A stretch of 64,000 nt of DNA from Amoebophrya sp. A120 (lineage: Eukaryota > Protista > Dinoflagellata). Positions 26,545 to 46,634 of this stretch are shown here, one piece after another. The first letter of the stretch is position 1. The number at the start of each line of letters is the position of its first letter. The notes beneath the pieces are model-generated. The model was not told the origin of the DNA. It searched no databases and saw nothing but the letters and a program-made list of their open reading frames with translations. Made by a program: the position numbers and the translations under genes. The DNA is taken from assembly GCA_905178155.1 (NCBI GenBank), contig CAJINV010000003.1:579091-643090 (forward strand). Reading direction: 5' to 3'.

Positions 26545-27615
26545 ACTTTTTGGTAGCTCTCTGCGCCACTGTCCCGTCTCTTCTTTGGAGCCGCAAAAGC
26601 GGCGACTACAGGTCGTGATCTGAAGAGAGCCGGGGGCACTTTTTGGCCGCTCTCTTGGCCACGCGCCCGTGGCTTCTTTGGAGCCGCAAAAACGGCGTGT
26701 ACGGGTCGTGATCTGAAGAGAGCCGGGGGCACTTTTTGGCCGCTCTCTGGGCCACTGTCCCGTCGCGGCTTCTTTGGAGCCGCAAAAGCGGTGACTACAG
26801 GTCGTGATTTGAAGAGAGCCGGTGGCACTTTTTGGCCGCTCTCTGGGCCACTGTCCCGTGGCTTCTTTGGAGCCGCAAAAACGGCGTGTACAGGTCGTGA
26901 TGTGAAGAGAGCCAGGGGCACTTTTTGGCCGCTCTCTGGGCCACTGTCCCGTGGCTTCTTTGGAGCCGCAAAAACGGCGTGTACAGGTCGTGATTTGAAG
27001 AGAGCCGGGGGCACTTTTTGGCCGCTCTCTGGGCCACGCGCCCGTTGCTTCTTTGGAGCCGCAAAAACGGCGTGTACAGGTCGTGATCTGAAGAGAGCCG
27101 GGGACATGTTTTGGCCGCTCTCTGGGCCACGGTCCCGTGGCTTCTTTGGAGCCGCAAAAGCAGTGACTACAGGTCGTGACTTGAAGAGAGCCAGGGGCAC
27201 TTTTTGGCCGCTCTCTGGGCCACGCTCCCGTTGCTTCTTTGGAGCCGCAAAAACGGCGTCTACAGGTCGTGATCTGAAGAGAGCCAGGGGCACTTTTTGC
27301 CCGCTCTCTGGGCCACTGTCCCGTGGCCTCTTTGGACCCGCAAAAGCGGTGACTACAGGTCGTGACTTGAAGAGAGCCGGGGGCACTTCTTGGCCGCTCT
27401 CTGGACCCCTTTGGAGCCGCGAAAACGGCGTGTACAGGTCGTGATCTGAAGAGAGCCGGGGGCACTTTTTGGCCGCTCCCGGGGCCACGCGCCCGTGGCT
27501 TCTTTGGAGCCGCAAAAACGGCGACTACAGGTCGTGATCTGAAGAGAGCTCCGGGCACTTTTTAGCCGCTGTCTCGGCCACGCGCCCGTGGCTTCGTTCT
27601 TTGGAGCCGCAAAAC
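26545..27615. repeat. Tandem satellite, ~93-bp unit, ~11-12 copies
   Basis: The GGAGCCGCAAAA anchor (with single-base variants) recurs at 26587, 26680, 26776, 26869, 26962, 27055, 27148, 27241, 27334, then at ~27413, ~27505 and ~27603. Confidence 0.95.
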
Positions 27616-27754
27616 AAAACAAAACAGATGCAGGAACCACTGTCCGGCCGCTCCCGCGGCATTATTACCGGAGCGGCCCTCTGAGACACGTTTTCAGTGC
27701 GAAATTGTCATTGGGCACTCGCGGTTGATGAGTTCTCATCTGAGTTTTGAGGCT

Positions 27755-28600
27755 AATAAAAATAAAATTTTAAAATTTCGCGGATTGCGACAATAAAAAG
27801 TTTTCAAATGTTGCACATGGACATTGTACAACAACAACCAGAATCACTGTCTATGATCAAGCAATTTGATATCGGTAGAACTAGCTGGTGTGTCAATGCT
27901 AGTTGCATGCAATAAAAATAAAATTTCCGTAATTTCGCGGATTTGCGAAACCAATAAAAATAAAATTTTGAAGTTTCGCGGTTTGTCACTTTTTTGAAAT
28001 CTTGCGGAATGCTAGGAATCCCAGCTCTCACTCCACCTGCTCCCCGCCCACCTGCTTCCCGCCGGCGGGAAGCAGGTGGAGAGCGGGGGCGCCAATCTCG
28101 TCTCCACCTGCTTCCCGCCGGCGGGAAGCAGGTGAAGCTGGGGCGCCGATCTCGTCTCCACCTCCTTCCCGCCGGCGGCGAGCGACAAAGCAGTTTGAAA
28201 TATGCTGCTTTGCTGCTCAATAAAAATAAAGCTTGAATTTTGGAAAGTGTTGTTGTTTTGCTGCTCGATAAAAATAAAATTTTAATTTTTCGTGGTTTTT
28301 CTGTTGGCTAGGGTCCGGCTCGCTGCTCGATAAAAATAAAATTTGAAAATTTCGCGGATCGCCGTCTCCACCTGCTCCCCGCCGGCGGGGAGCAGGTGAA
28401 GCTGGGGCGCCGATCTCGTCTCCACCTGCTTCCCGCCGGCGGGAAGCAGGTGAAGCTGGGGCGCCGATCTGGTACAGGTGGAGCTGGTGAAGCTGGGACA
28501 GGTGGATTTGCATTTTGTGGGTCCAAAATGCAACTTTTCCTGGTGTCCGCGGGTGAAAAAGTTGCATTTTGGACCCACAAAATGAAAATGCAACTCCACC
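27755..28600. repeat. Hairpin island: GC-rich perfect palindromes in ~54-bp units interspersed with an AT-rich motif
   Basis: CACCTGCTTCCCGCC|GGCGGGAAGCAGGTG palindromes at ~28048, 28105, 28369, 28423; a 28-bp-arm inverted repeat at 28511-28584; repeated ATAAAAATAAAATTT...TTTCGCGG motif. Confidence 0.9.
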
Positions 28601-29342
28601 TGTTCCGGAACCTCAATTCCGGCTGCTAGGACCCGGAAAAAAGTAGGTTTTTCAGAGTTGCGCTCCACAGGGTAACCAAGCTACACGCTTGAGTACCTCC
28701 GTCTAATATCGATTTAAGTTCTGTTCGACTTCTTTGCTCTCCCTCCTGTTCGTTTGCGATTGAAATTTAAACGCAGATCTGAATGAGTCTTCGGAATCGG
28801 GCTTCTTCGCGAAGCAAGTCGGTCCTATCGCTGGTAGGTGGATGACGAAAGCAAAAGCACTATCACACTATTAAGTGCAAGGAAAAAAAAACTGCATGCC
28901 CTACAACAAGTACAACGGAGAGCAGCACCAGGCGGAAACAGAATAATAAATGATCGAGATGATCCAAGATGAAAAAACCAATCAAGTACTTACCTCGACG
29001 CCATCGCTTTCGCTTCTTAGTCGACAGGATCGAAAAAGTCGTCCAACATTCGTATATGAAACTCGAAGTCGTGACGCGCTGCCCGAAATTACTTTACTAT
29101 CAATCTCGCGGCTCGTCCTCCGTCTAAGTAGTTGGCTCTCCAGATGAATGAGCGCGAGCCTTGATTCGGGGCTAGTTATTATGTCCATTTTCGTTTGTGT
29201 AGTCTAGTCTTCTCGCTTTTCGTTTTTCGGTTGAATTGAAACCCAAAGTGGAAAACCGAATCTGTATTTCATCACAAGCGCCCGCAATTTGGAAGTACTC
29301 AGAAGCAATTTATTGGAGCTTGACAAAACGAGATTGAGATCG

Positions 29343-30370
29343 ATGGGTATCTTCGCAAATATGTTCTCAGCGGTGGATGGTGAACACCTCCAAGGGGAAA
29401 CGCGTTCATCTGGTTCAGCTTTGATTGGTAGTTGGGTCCCATCTCGTGTCACAACATTCCAGGGCTGCACTCCTCCGAAACCTTCACCGGGCATAACGCC
29501 GGCAATTTTTGATCTGCCAAGGGTCTCGTCACACTCTGGTGCGCAAGGTAGCACTAGCAGCCGGAGCAGTCAGCCGCTGTCGTCCTCGCGTTCTTCCTTC
29601 ATTTCGTTTCTCAACGATGCGACCCAACCCGAAGGAACAATCACGTCGAAGCCTGCGACAGCCAGCCGCGAGCATGCGACGAGCGTCCTCTGTGACAAAC
29701 CGCCGACGATGAAGTTGTCGTGTTCTTCATCTTCGTCAAGAACTACATCGTCAGTCATAAGGTCGTGTGGTGGTCCTCGCGTCTCGTCCTCAGCAAGGAG
29801 TTGCTTTCTAGACGCCAGTGCTGGAAATAAAAAAACCACGACGAGCAGGAGCAGCTTTGAGGAACAGGGAAGCGACTCTGGAAAGGATAAGGATGTTGAG
29901 GATCATGATGCAGGTCCTCACGGGAAGACGAAGACCGAGAAGGACGGTGACGAGGAGGCGAAGGGAAAAGAAGATCTGAAGAAAGTCATGGAATTCAATG
30001 TGTTCGACCAAAATTGGTGGTTCGAAACGATCAACTACGTCATGGAGGTAGTACAGTTGTGATTTTCACAATCGTGATTTGCTTTTTTTTAAGTCGTGAT
30101 GTTCTTATTTTGATAGCGTATTTATTAGAAAGATGAAAAAGATGAAACGACATACCAAACAAAAAATACGAAATTATGATGCCCACACAGCATATAAACT
30201 TCATCGTCTTCGGGTGCGGTATGATGGGTGGTGCTTACGAAATGTACTGCCTGCAGCAGTACAAGAGGTTGCGACAGAAGATGATAAATCTTCGAGCGAA
30301 GCTGGATGCCGAGGAAGCTGCTGCTGCGCAACAAGGGAACCAACAGCGCGCGCAGGTGGCTTTGGCGTGA
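29343..30370 (+). CDS. Hypothetical membrane protein, paralogue of the gene at 25013-26152 (2 exons, ~294 aa)
   Basis: GT-AG intron 30048-30190 joins ...ETINYVME|HINFIVFGCGMMGGAYEMY..., which aligns without gaps to the upstream paralogue. Confidence 0.7.
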
Positions 30371-31884
30371 CTGGGGAATTTGTGCAACCTTGATGTACGT
30401 GCGCACCAAATTTATTTCTTCGACGATCTGCTCCTTCTTTTCGATTACTCGCTCTACACAGCAGTCGTTCACAACGAATCTCTATTGCGCCGCCGTCGTA
30501 GTGTCGGCGACCGAGCGGCTCTTCGTAGAGAGCGGACTTCTGTAGATACGTAATGGGTAGAAGAACCGGAACTTTCTTCGTAGAGCGGTCCGCGTCCGCC
30601 GACTTTTTATTTTCTGCAGCTACTACGTAGTTCCGCTTTGCCTTTATCGTCGGGTCATGACACTTTGCCTTTATCGTCGGGTCAGATGCTGTGGCCACAA
30701 GAACATGCGCAGAGACAGACAGAGGGGATTTGCCTGAGAGAGACCCGATGTTGTAGTAATCAATTCTGTTTCGCCGATGGAAATGAACAACAGCAGAATG
30801 GTAACAATGAAAAGATGAGGAGCTAGCTCCACTGTGGTTTGTTCCGGAACAGCAGGATGAGCAGGTGCATGTTCCTTCTAAGTATCATGATGATGATCTC
30901 AATGTTGATCTGTACAACCACCGACTCGAGTCTACCTGATCACCTGCTTCTTGACGATCATGAGCAATGTCTGTTGTGCGCTGCGATCAGCGCCACTGAA
31001 GATCTAATCTTCGGTTTACTCAACTTCAATGTCATCACTTCCGTGTACTATCACAGGAAAGCGAAACGGAACGCGAACAACTCACGTCTTTTTTGTCGCG
31101 GCTTACCGAGTTTTTTCTGCGCCGAGGCGGACCTTTTTTGATAGATTATTCATTGTTGGATGTTGCGAAGAACAAGATTCCAAGGCCCAGCCAGGCCACC
31201 AACAACACCAGAAGAAGTTCTTCTTCTTGCTTGAATATACGATAGTATAACGACCAGAACAAAGTAGCGAAGGCCAGTTACATACTTACAAGCCAAGTGG
31301 TCAATTCCTTATCCTTTCCAGATAGAAAAAGACTCTGCTGCTCCACGAAGGTCACACTTCTAGTCACTGCTGGGGCAGCTGTCCTCCTGACCGCGCCATG
31401 ATACGGGCGACGGTTGCTGCGGAGGTCACAATGCTGCCATTAAAAGCTGTACTTCGCTGCGTCACGTGACGCGACGCCCCAGCTGCGAACGGGCTGCTGC
31501 TGGCAAGAACAGGTCGTGCCCTACTTGAGGCGGCGCAGCGGGTAGTTGTTGTGCCCGCTTTCTGGGTGGCGCTATGGTTGCAACTGCGCCAGACCCTGGC
31601 GGCTCGGGACGGTTCTCCGTCACCTCCGCTGCAGAAACTTCCACAACGGACCGGCTGGGCAAATACATGAAGGAGCTGTAATTCATTGATTTCTACTCGA
31701 GTTGTTGAGTATGTTAGACAACTGTTGTTTCAATTTGAATGATGATGCAGGTCCGTTGCACACGTACGCGACGAGACTCATTATTTCAGAACGGTGCGGA
31801 AGGATGTGGATGGAACCAAAATGAAGTTCGAACCGAATGACGAAAAAACAAAAATTCAAATTGCAATTCATAAAAACTGCTCAG

Positions 31885-34800
31885 CAACCGTGAAGATGCT
31901 CGAGTAGAGAAGGAATTGGCGGAGCACTACGCTGAAGCGTTAGAGCTCCTGGGCATGAGCGGCGAAAACAGCGACTTCAGCCAAAATATCGTCAACATTC
32001 TCATGGCTTCGAAGAGCAATCAACCGAATATCGCCGGCGTAATTCCGAACACACCTGGTGGCGAATCAAAGACATCGATGACGTAGTTCGTATTCTATCT
32101 TTTTTCAACATGCAACAGAACCATGATCCAAAGTTTGAAATATGAGCGAAAATGATGTTTTTCTGTGGTTCCGATAAAACCCGTCGCTCTCGTGATCATG
32201 ATGACACTTCTCACGACCCTAGTTGCGGTAGTTCGTCTGCTGTGTTAGTAACACGGAAGACGTCCTCGCAGTGTGGGCAGAAAAAATACATTTAAAGTTT
32301 GTCTGATATAAGAATAAAACAAGCACAGTGTAGTTGTCGGATCCCCAAACAAAGTTTCCTTTTTATTGCGTATGAAATAAATCGCAAAAATTTCACGCGT
32401 CCCCATCGCAAAATCTCTTCTCGTCCAGGTTTCACGACGAGCACCACAGCTCCTCGTCCGGTCGTATTAGTTTTATTGACGAGGGTATTGTCGAGAATCT
32501 GATCAAGACGATTGCGGAGACAAGCGACAGCGCCGAGGTGCTGTGCAGCAAGGTGCGCCAGATGGACGTCATGAGCGCACGGATACAGAAGACGCTCGAA
32601 CTGGTGTCCGAATTGTTGCAGGTCCGCGAGTGCGCGGAGACGGTTCACGGCGCGATCCAGCGCCGGGATTTCGAGGCGGCCGCGAAAAGCGTGGCGAAGT
32701 ACAAGCAGGCCGTGCTGAACAAGCAGGCGGACCAGCCGGACAGCATCGCGACGCTGCTCGACGAATCCAGTATTTCCAAACTGGAGGACGCGCGGAAAAA
32801 GCTGTCGGCCATTGTCAACCAGGAGTTCGAGAACGCGATCAAGAATAAGGACCAGCAGAGCGTCGCGCGGTTTGCAAAACTCTTTTACCCGCTGGGCCTC
32901 GCGGAGTCCGCGGTGGTGACGTATATCCAATTCATTCGCGAGCGCATCAGGGAGACTGCGCAGGCCTCGTATGGGATTCTCAAATGTTACATTCTCAACT
33001 GTTACATGAATTTGTCATGCAAGAACAGCAAAAGTGAACGCGGGAAGATTGCGCGCTTTGCATTACAAATTTGGAGCAGATCCAGGTGGTGTTTAGCCCT
33101 TCGAGAATTTGTCATGCGAAGCACCTTGATCGTGTGGCGGCTTGAGCTTGTGGTCATTTTGCATGACAAATCATGTAACAGTTGAGAATGTAACGTTTGA
33201 GAACCCCATACCTCGATCCAGAAGCTTCGCCGCATGAATTTCTCGAAGGCCGTATTACAGTGAAAGGTGCCCCCCACCCCCAAAGTTGCAAAAATTTGTG
33301 ATGCGAGGTTTCCAAATGAAACCTTTTTGTCATGCATGAAAGGAATATGAATCTTTCTGATGCAGATTCTAGTGTTGTTTCGCATCGCGTGCATGACGAG
33401 CACCGCTCTTGCTGGGATCTTTTGCAATACAAATTTTTGCTATTCACAATCGGAAATCTGTGATGCTGATACATGCAAGAGGGCGAATGTTTCATTTGGA
33501 AAGGTTTGCAATGCAAATGCTTTCAAGTTCGGGGGTGGGGGCATTTTTCATTGTAATAGGCCGTTGCGAGCAAGGACCAAGCAATGCCCGCGTACGCGGA
33601 CGCTTTGTGGTCCATTTTTGCCCACATCTCGGACATCCTCCAACACAACAAGGAGAACCTGGAAACCGAGTTTGGGGTCGAAAATTACGTGCAGTTCTTG
33701 AAGGGCATTTATGCCGAAGTCAGTGTGCAACAGACGAAGATTCTGAATCTGTTCAAGGAACAGGAATACCTGAAATTCTTGCCATCTACGTCCGGCGGAG
33801 GTTCTGCGGGTGGCGGCACCTCCGCAGCGTCGCAGCCAACAACGAAGCTGATGCCGGGCGGTATCCGGATGCCCACGATGATGAGTACTAGTGCCAGCTC
33901 CTTATCGGGAGGTGTCGGTGGGGGCAGTAGTAGCTCCTCGTCTTCTGCAATAAAAACACAGAAGGACAAAATTAGGACGATTCTGGTGCAAATGCAGTAC
34001 TTGCTGCAAAAATCCGAGACTTTTGATTGCTTCATCCGCCGTCTCATCGCCGACGCGCACAGTAGCTTTTTGTCCAGCGAAAAGGACATTGAAGCCATTA
34101 CGCACTCCATCGTGGGCGAAGCGGAAGCGACGAAGGCGGCGCAGGACCTGGTAGCGCACTACGTGTTGTTGCAAAAAGAGCTCCTGCTCACGGAGATCCA
34201 GACCGCCGTCGAATCGGATGAAATCGACACCGAAGATACGGATCCTGGGCCCAGCAGTCTCGTCGACGATGTCTTTTTCGTCCTGAAAACAAGCATCGAA
34301 AGCTCCATGGAAACGTATACTTTTTGGAATTCTTCACCTATCATAGAATTCGAATTGTCTTTTGGCAGGCTTGCATTCGGACGAAGACCAAGACGCACCA
34401 ACGATTTGAGTAAACAGTTCCACCTGGAGGTCTGCGTCTGCACAATTTCGTTTTCGTGATATTGGAAAATAAATTACACACACTCACAGCTGCAATCTTG
34501 TTGCCGTTTGCTGTCTGATTAACGAGGTGGGCGCGACGTTGTCCAAGGAGGGTCCGGTGTATCAAAGTATCGAAAAGTCGGTCCGTGAAGCGTTACCACC
34601 CTACCGAGCCTTCGTGAGTGACTTGAAGCACCTTACGGACGGGAACGAGAACGACGAGGAGCACGCGTTGGCAAAGTTCTACGAGCACTTGCTCCAGCAG
34701 GGCGGTGAGGGGAAGAAGACGGTGACCAGTAGCGATTCGTGGCCGCACGCGGCAAACAACGCCTACAAGTGCCAGGAATACCTGGAGCGGCTGATAGAAT

Positions 34801-35771
34801 CGGCCAGACACGACTTCACCTCGAAGACCGATGAGCAGGGAGAGTTGCTGTTTCCGGAAGACCTGGAGCCGGAGAAGAAAGTCATGTTTGACCACTGTTT
34901 GCAGAACTTGCAGCTGGTGAAAGGTGATTTCCAGGCCCTCTGCGTCCACATTCCAATAGCCGCGGGTCCAGCAATCGTCACAAACAGAGGGCAGGAGAGG
35001 TAAATAAATGGCTTTATTGTTCATCATGTTGGTCAGCAACTCCACGTCCATCGAGATCGAACTCGTACATTAGGCGGGTGGCTTTCTTTTGGCTACTGTC
35101 TTGCCTTTGGTCGTGCTTTTTTTGTTTATTTTCGGTGTTGTGGTTGACTATGCCTATTGCCGGTGCCGCTGACGCGGGCTCCTCGGGCAAAAGAAAATCA
35201 ACAACCTTTTGCGCACGACAGGCGGTCGATTCCCGGCATTCCGCGGAACACGGTTAATGCGCTGAAGCACCATTTGATCCCCTCGCTGCAGCCCTTCGAG
35301 GAGAATTCCTTCAACATTTCGGAGCAGGAGTTTCAGGACTGGCAGGTGAACGACCTGTTCGTGCAGGGCTTCATCCTGAACATCTCCACCCTGCATCTGC
35401 ATCTCACCAAGTGCTACCTCCCCGAGGTGGTGGACGCGATTCTGGACCAGCTGATTGACCAAACCTGCAACCGCCTGGCCACCAATGTCGCGCGGAAGGA
35501 CCGGATTTCCCTCTACGGCGGCCTGCAGTTCGACCAGGACGTGCGGGCGCTGATGAACTATTTCCTCAGCATCAAGGCGCCCAACGTGCGGAAGAAATTC
35601 AAACGGCTGACGCAAATCTCGTCCCTGCTGTCGTTAGAAAACGCCCGCGAACTCAAGGACTTCTTCAGCCAGCAAAAATGGGAGCTGAAAAACTCGGAGA
35701 TCCGTCTCTTTCTATGCTTGCGATTCCCCGAGGCTGAGGTGGACCGCGACACGCAGTTTTTGCGAGCGTAG
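31885..35771 (+). CDS. COG4: Conserved oligomeric Golgi complex subunit 4 (5' end unresolved)
   Basis: AEVLCSKVRQMDV...AIQRRDFEAAA, VARFAKLFYPLGL, SLVDDVFFVLK and SLYGGLQFDQDVRALMNYF...VRKKFKRLTQISSLLSLE resemble COG4. Exons ~31885-32082, 32429-32969, 33216-33252, 33564-34314, 34490-34999, 35222-35771; first exon and last intron are tentative. Confidence 0.85.
32970..33210. mobile_element. Introner/MITE, family F, 241 bp, TSD CCTCG
   Basis: About 55-bp TIR (TATGGGATTCTCAAATGTTACATTCTCAACTGTTACATG). Removal gives AQAS|IQKLRR in COG4. Confidence 0.9.
33253..33558. mobile_element. Introner/MITE, family E, 306 bp, TSD GGCCG
   Basis: TIR TATTACAnTGAAAnnTGCCCCCACCCC. Removal gives FSKA|VASKDQAM in frame. 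Confidence 0.9.
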
Positions 35772-38700
35772 GAAATCGTCAATGGGGGTGGTCGTGCATC
35801 GGAGAGGATAGATGAACAACTGTGATCGTACTATGTACGATTCATTTTATTACGGCGGAGAAACAGGACAGACTTATGTGGTCGAAGCATCTGCCCAAGG
35901 CAACTTGATGTCGCCGACTTGTCGCTCCTTGGGCCGTCCTTTGGTCTGGCTTTTCCAAGAAGAAGAACAAAATGTCGGGGAGGACTGCGCGTCTCGTGCT
36001 TGCTGCTTCGACGTCTACGTCATCTCGCGCTCCATGTTGATGAACGACTAATGATGATAGATAAGTAACTGTAACCATACCATATTATCAATTTCAAGCG
36101 AAATCGTACATGTTCTTGTGTGCGTGTGCTGAACGAAGATGAAGAAGAAAAATGAAATGAATTCCTCCAATTTGAGGTGATGTTGGTTCTTCTACTGCTA
36201 CACCCCCACAAGATACAGAAAATAGCGACGACCGATCAACAAGCAATATGAAGAAATTATAGAGGGACAAACACGTCGTGGCATCGCGTGATGGCGATGA
36301 ACATAAAAGCGCAGTGAAGACGCTACTTGTGTGGCGCTAAAGAAAAAACTTTCTACTTGTTCTCTTTCGCTCTGTCGAGTTTCTCGGCACGACAATCTGC
36401 GGCGTTGTGTGAGTTCTTCTTCTTTTCGATTCCGTAACAGGCGGGACGTGTGGCGGACAGGGTGGCCCTCGGAATAGCAGCGCGCAACCCGGCGGGCCGC
36501 CGCGTGTCGCCGCCGCTACTGCCGCCCTCCGCCTGGCGTACGGGAGCAAACCCGCCGGGCGCGCCCCAGTGGAGGGCGCGCGCGCGTGTTTTTTCGTCGC
36601 GGCTTGTTATGTTGTGCAGGCTTTCCGGCGTGCCGTCGGAGCGAGTTGGCTGCCTGACGAAATGGCGCCCGAGTGTCTGCGCAGAAGCAGGCGCGCCGGG
36701 GGATTCATTGGGGAGCCCGGTGGGCGCCGGCGCTGCAACACCGAGCCCAAGCGGCGAGCCGACCGGCTGGCCCTTGTTGTTGGCGAGTGGGTGGCGAGCA
36801 TGTGGCTCGCGCCACGGACGGAAGCGGCCGCCCGGCCCGGCTCCGGGCCCGCCAGCTGCTGGCCCCCGCGCGCAGATCTGGCCCCCGCGCGCGGATCAAT
36901 AGTCAGCAAAGACGGCCCGCGCCGGCCGGCGCGCGCGGCGGGTAGGCGGGCAGGCGCAACGCCGCGAGGGGGGCGCGCCGGCCCCCCGCGGTGCCCGGGC
37001 GCATCTTTCTGGCCGCCCCCTCGTCGGTGTCTGTGTGCCTTTTGTTTCTCGGTGCGGCCAGTTGTGCGCCCCCCGGGCAGGGGAGGGCCCCGGGAGCAAC
37101 GGCGAGCGCGCGCCCCTCGGGCGGGGCGCCCCCAGCAACCGGGCCGCCGCCGAGAAGGAAGAAAATCGAGCCGAAGCTGCAAGAGCTGCGCCACAGTGAA
37201 TACATAACGGCGCCGAAGGGCAGCAGCGTCGCCCGCCCCGGGGTGAGCAATTGGCTCGGCTGCGCTCTTGCTCGTTGTGTGTCTCTAACTATGCGGGGGG
37301 GCCGGTTCTCGCCGCAAGTGCTGGCCGCATGGGCTGCGCTTTCTTATTTTGGGCCGGGCGGGCGACCGGTGCGCTTGGTTTCGCATGCCTGCGAAGGGAG
37401 GCGCCAGCCTGGGCGCACGCAATGCAGCCGGCTATTTTTCGGGGGGCCCAGTCCTCAGCCACGAACCCATCCCGACGGACTGCGCGCCCAGGCCCGTGTG
37501 GCGTATGGTGTTGCAGGTGGAGTAGTCGCTGCAGCGTTCTACTTGGCTCTGTTTGTGTGTTGCCCACTACCTGCTGCTCGTCTCATCTCAAGGATGTAAG
37601 TCAGCAACAAACTCAGTCAATTCTACTAGGCCCATCGCGAGTTCTTAAAAAATTATGGAGATGGCCCAGGGAAAGCAGCCGTTGCCAGGTATGTATAGAA
37701 AGACTAAGCTGTCCCCGTGCAGACCCAGACATCGTTTCTCAACGTTTTCTGAGGGGACATTCTCTATTACTATTTCTATTTCTGTTTGTCGTGTGGTGTG
37801 TTCGGTTCCCATTGAAGTTGGTGGAAGTTTTAAGAAAGTATGAATGTATCATGTCAACAACGCCAATAAAACGAGTAGGGCACGAAATATGAAGAGACGT
37901 CGGCATCATCGCACACCAGAATCAGATCAGGTTGAGATCGGTTGCTTGCTACTTATGTCGTTGTCGCAAATGCGATATCCCACGAAATTCCAAATCCAAT
38001 CCGGACCACCAGCAGGGCCCTACATTATTCGGTTCGACATCTACTTTTATTTTGTGTATCTCGGCTCCTGTGCTAGAGCTAGAGCAGCCAGACGAGCTGA
38101 AGCGCCGAAAGATCAAAAGAAACCTTGTACGTATTTCAGGTTTATTGTATGTGTATCGTGGTGAGTGAACTCCTTGAGTTCTTGCAGCACCTATCGGCAA
38201 TAGCTGGCATGCTAGCCAAACATGAGAACTATTTGTTCTCAATCTCGGTATAGTTTGGTGAGATGATAATCTTCTTATTGAGTCACACAAAACTCGAAAA
38301 TTTGCTTTATGGAGTTTGTCAGGCAATTCTCACTCTACTATATGAATCCTCACTTGGTTCTGGTTGCTCCACAGAAAGAACAAGAAGCGTGATTGGTTTT
38401 TGGTTCTTTCAACCCAGATTTTGATCCGTGGCTTTTGGAGGCCTTTGAAGCCAGTAAAGCTAGATAAAGCGACATCTGAACCTGTGAAGTCACTAGTCCT
38501 TGTCTTCGCAGTAAAATCGTCAAAAACAAAAGCCCTAGGCACTTCTGGATCACTTAAGCCGTAGCGTTGGCAATGGCGATGGCCTCGATGAAGATACAAA
38601 GTCAAAGTATGTATAGAAGAAGCGCAAAGCGCTACCGGCGATCATGTAGCTGTCTTGATGGCTTCGCTTGCGAAGGTGATTGAATATGATAATTCATCTA

Positions 38701-38887
38701 AAACTAAAAGTAAAAACACTTGTAGTAGTTGACACGAAAGAGACCTGTGTTGTCCTCGGTGAAGAGAAACGCCAACAGCTTGCTGAAGTCACCAGTGTCT
38801 ATTGCGTAACACACATCTTCAACACAGCCGGAAACTGCGTAGACGAGGCTTGTTTCTCTTAGTACTAGTAGCGTAAGAACCATTACC

Positions 38888-45796
<6,909 letters not shown>

Positions 45797-46634
45797 AAAG
45801 CTGCTTGCTCATGCTCAGGAGGTGAAATGAGAAACTGCTCCTGTAGTAGTTCCTCGTCGTCGGATAGAATTAAGTCAACAGAGATTATGGTTGTCTGTGT
45901 GTCAGTTTACCTGCAAGAAACGCGTTTACTGTTCAAGCAGGTTCGTAGTGGTGAAAGTATGTGGCTGAAGATGAAGTTGAAACTCAAAACCCACATGAGA
46001 GTTGTTGATCTTCTTGATTTCTGACCGCTAGGACACGACTGAGTGGCTGAGTCATTTGAACTTTTCGTCAACGTACTAGAGCAGGTATTCGAAAATTATA
46101 AAGTGGCTGCCCCCATCATAATGGCCGTTCCCGTTGCTCTTGCATGCGGACCATGCGCCGGCTCTCAATTATGTACACTCAACATTTCAAGTTCGACGAC
46201 ACACACGCACTCGCTTAATGTCCGATTAAAGTTACCCATGGAACCAAAACGCGCATGCTATGAAGATGTCATCTTTGTCCTCCCCGCAATGATGCAGATC
46301 GTGTAGTGCTAGGTACTTACGCCACGTCGATCAATCCTCAGCTATTTCCTCGGCTTCGAGACCGAGAAAAGATTTTGGCTCATTTGTTGACTATCGTCTA
46401 AAAAATCTGTCGCAATTTTTGACTCCTCGTCTGAGACTCGAAGCTGCATGATTGGTCGATCGCAATCGCTTCCGTGGTTTTCGTCCTGCTAATTTCGAGA
46501 CATGGTCGATAACGCCAAAACATGAGACGCCGTGGTATATTGATTCCGTGTTTCGTCTCGATGTCGGTCTCGATCATGATTCGTGATCGTGTGGCGGTAA
46601 AAAGTGTCGTTCGATTATGATGCCACTTTTCAAA

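Noticed and set aside
26545-27615. CRISPR-like array
   Set aside because: Units are contiguous tandem repeats with no unique spacers, there are no cas genes, and the context is eukaryotic.
30201-31871. Possible minus-strand gene (ORFs 30201-30698, 31462-31686)
   Set aside because: No recognisable motifs, no consistent splice model, and it overlaps the end of a + strand gene.
32965-33563. Rule that the TSD ends in G so that G+TA creates a GT donor
   Set aside because: True for CCTCG, GGCCG, TCGTG, TGCCG, GCTGG and CACTG, but not for AAACT, TTGGA, GAGCA, GGCCA or GGGAA. At most a bias.
46372-46382. ATTTTGGCTCA, matching part of the dinoflagellate spliced leader
   Set aside because: Only 11 nt, flanks do not match and no gene start follows; likely chance.
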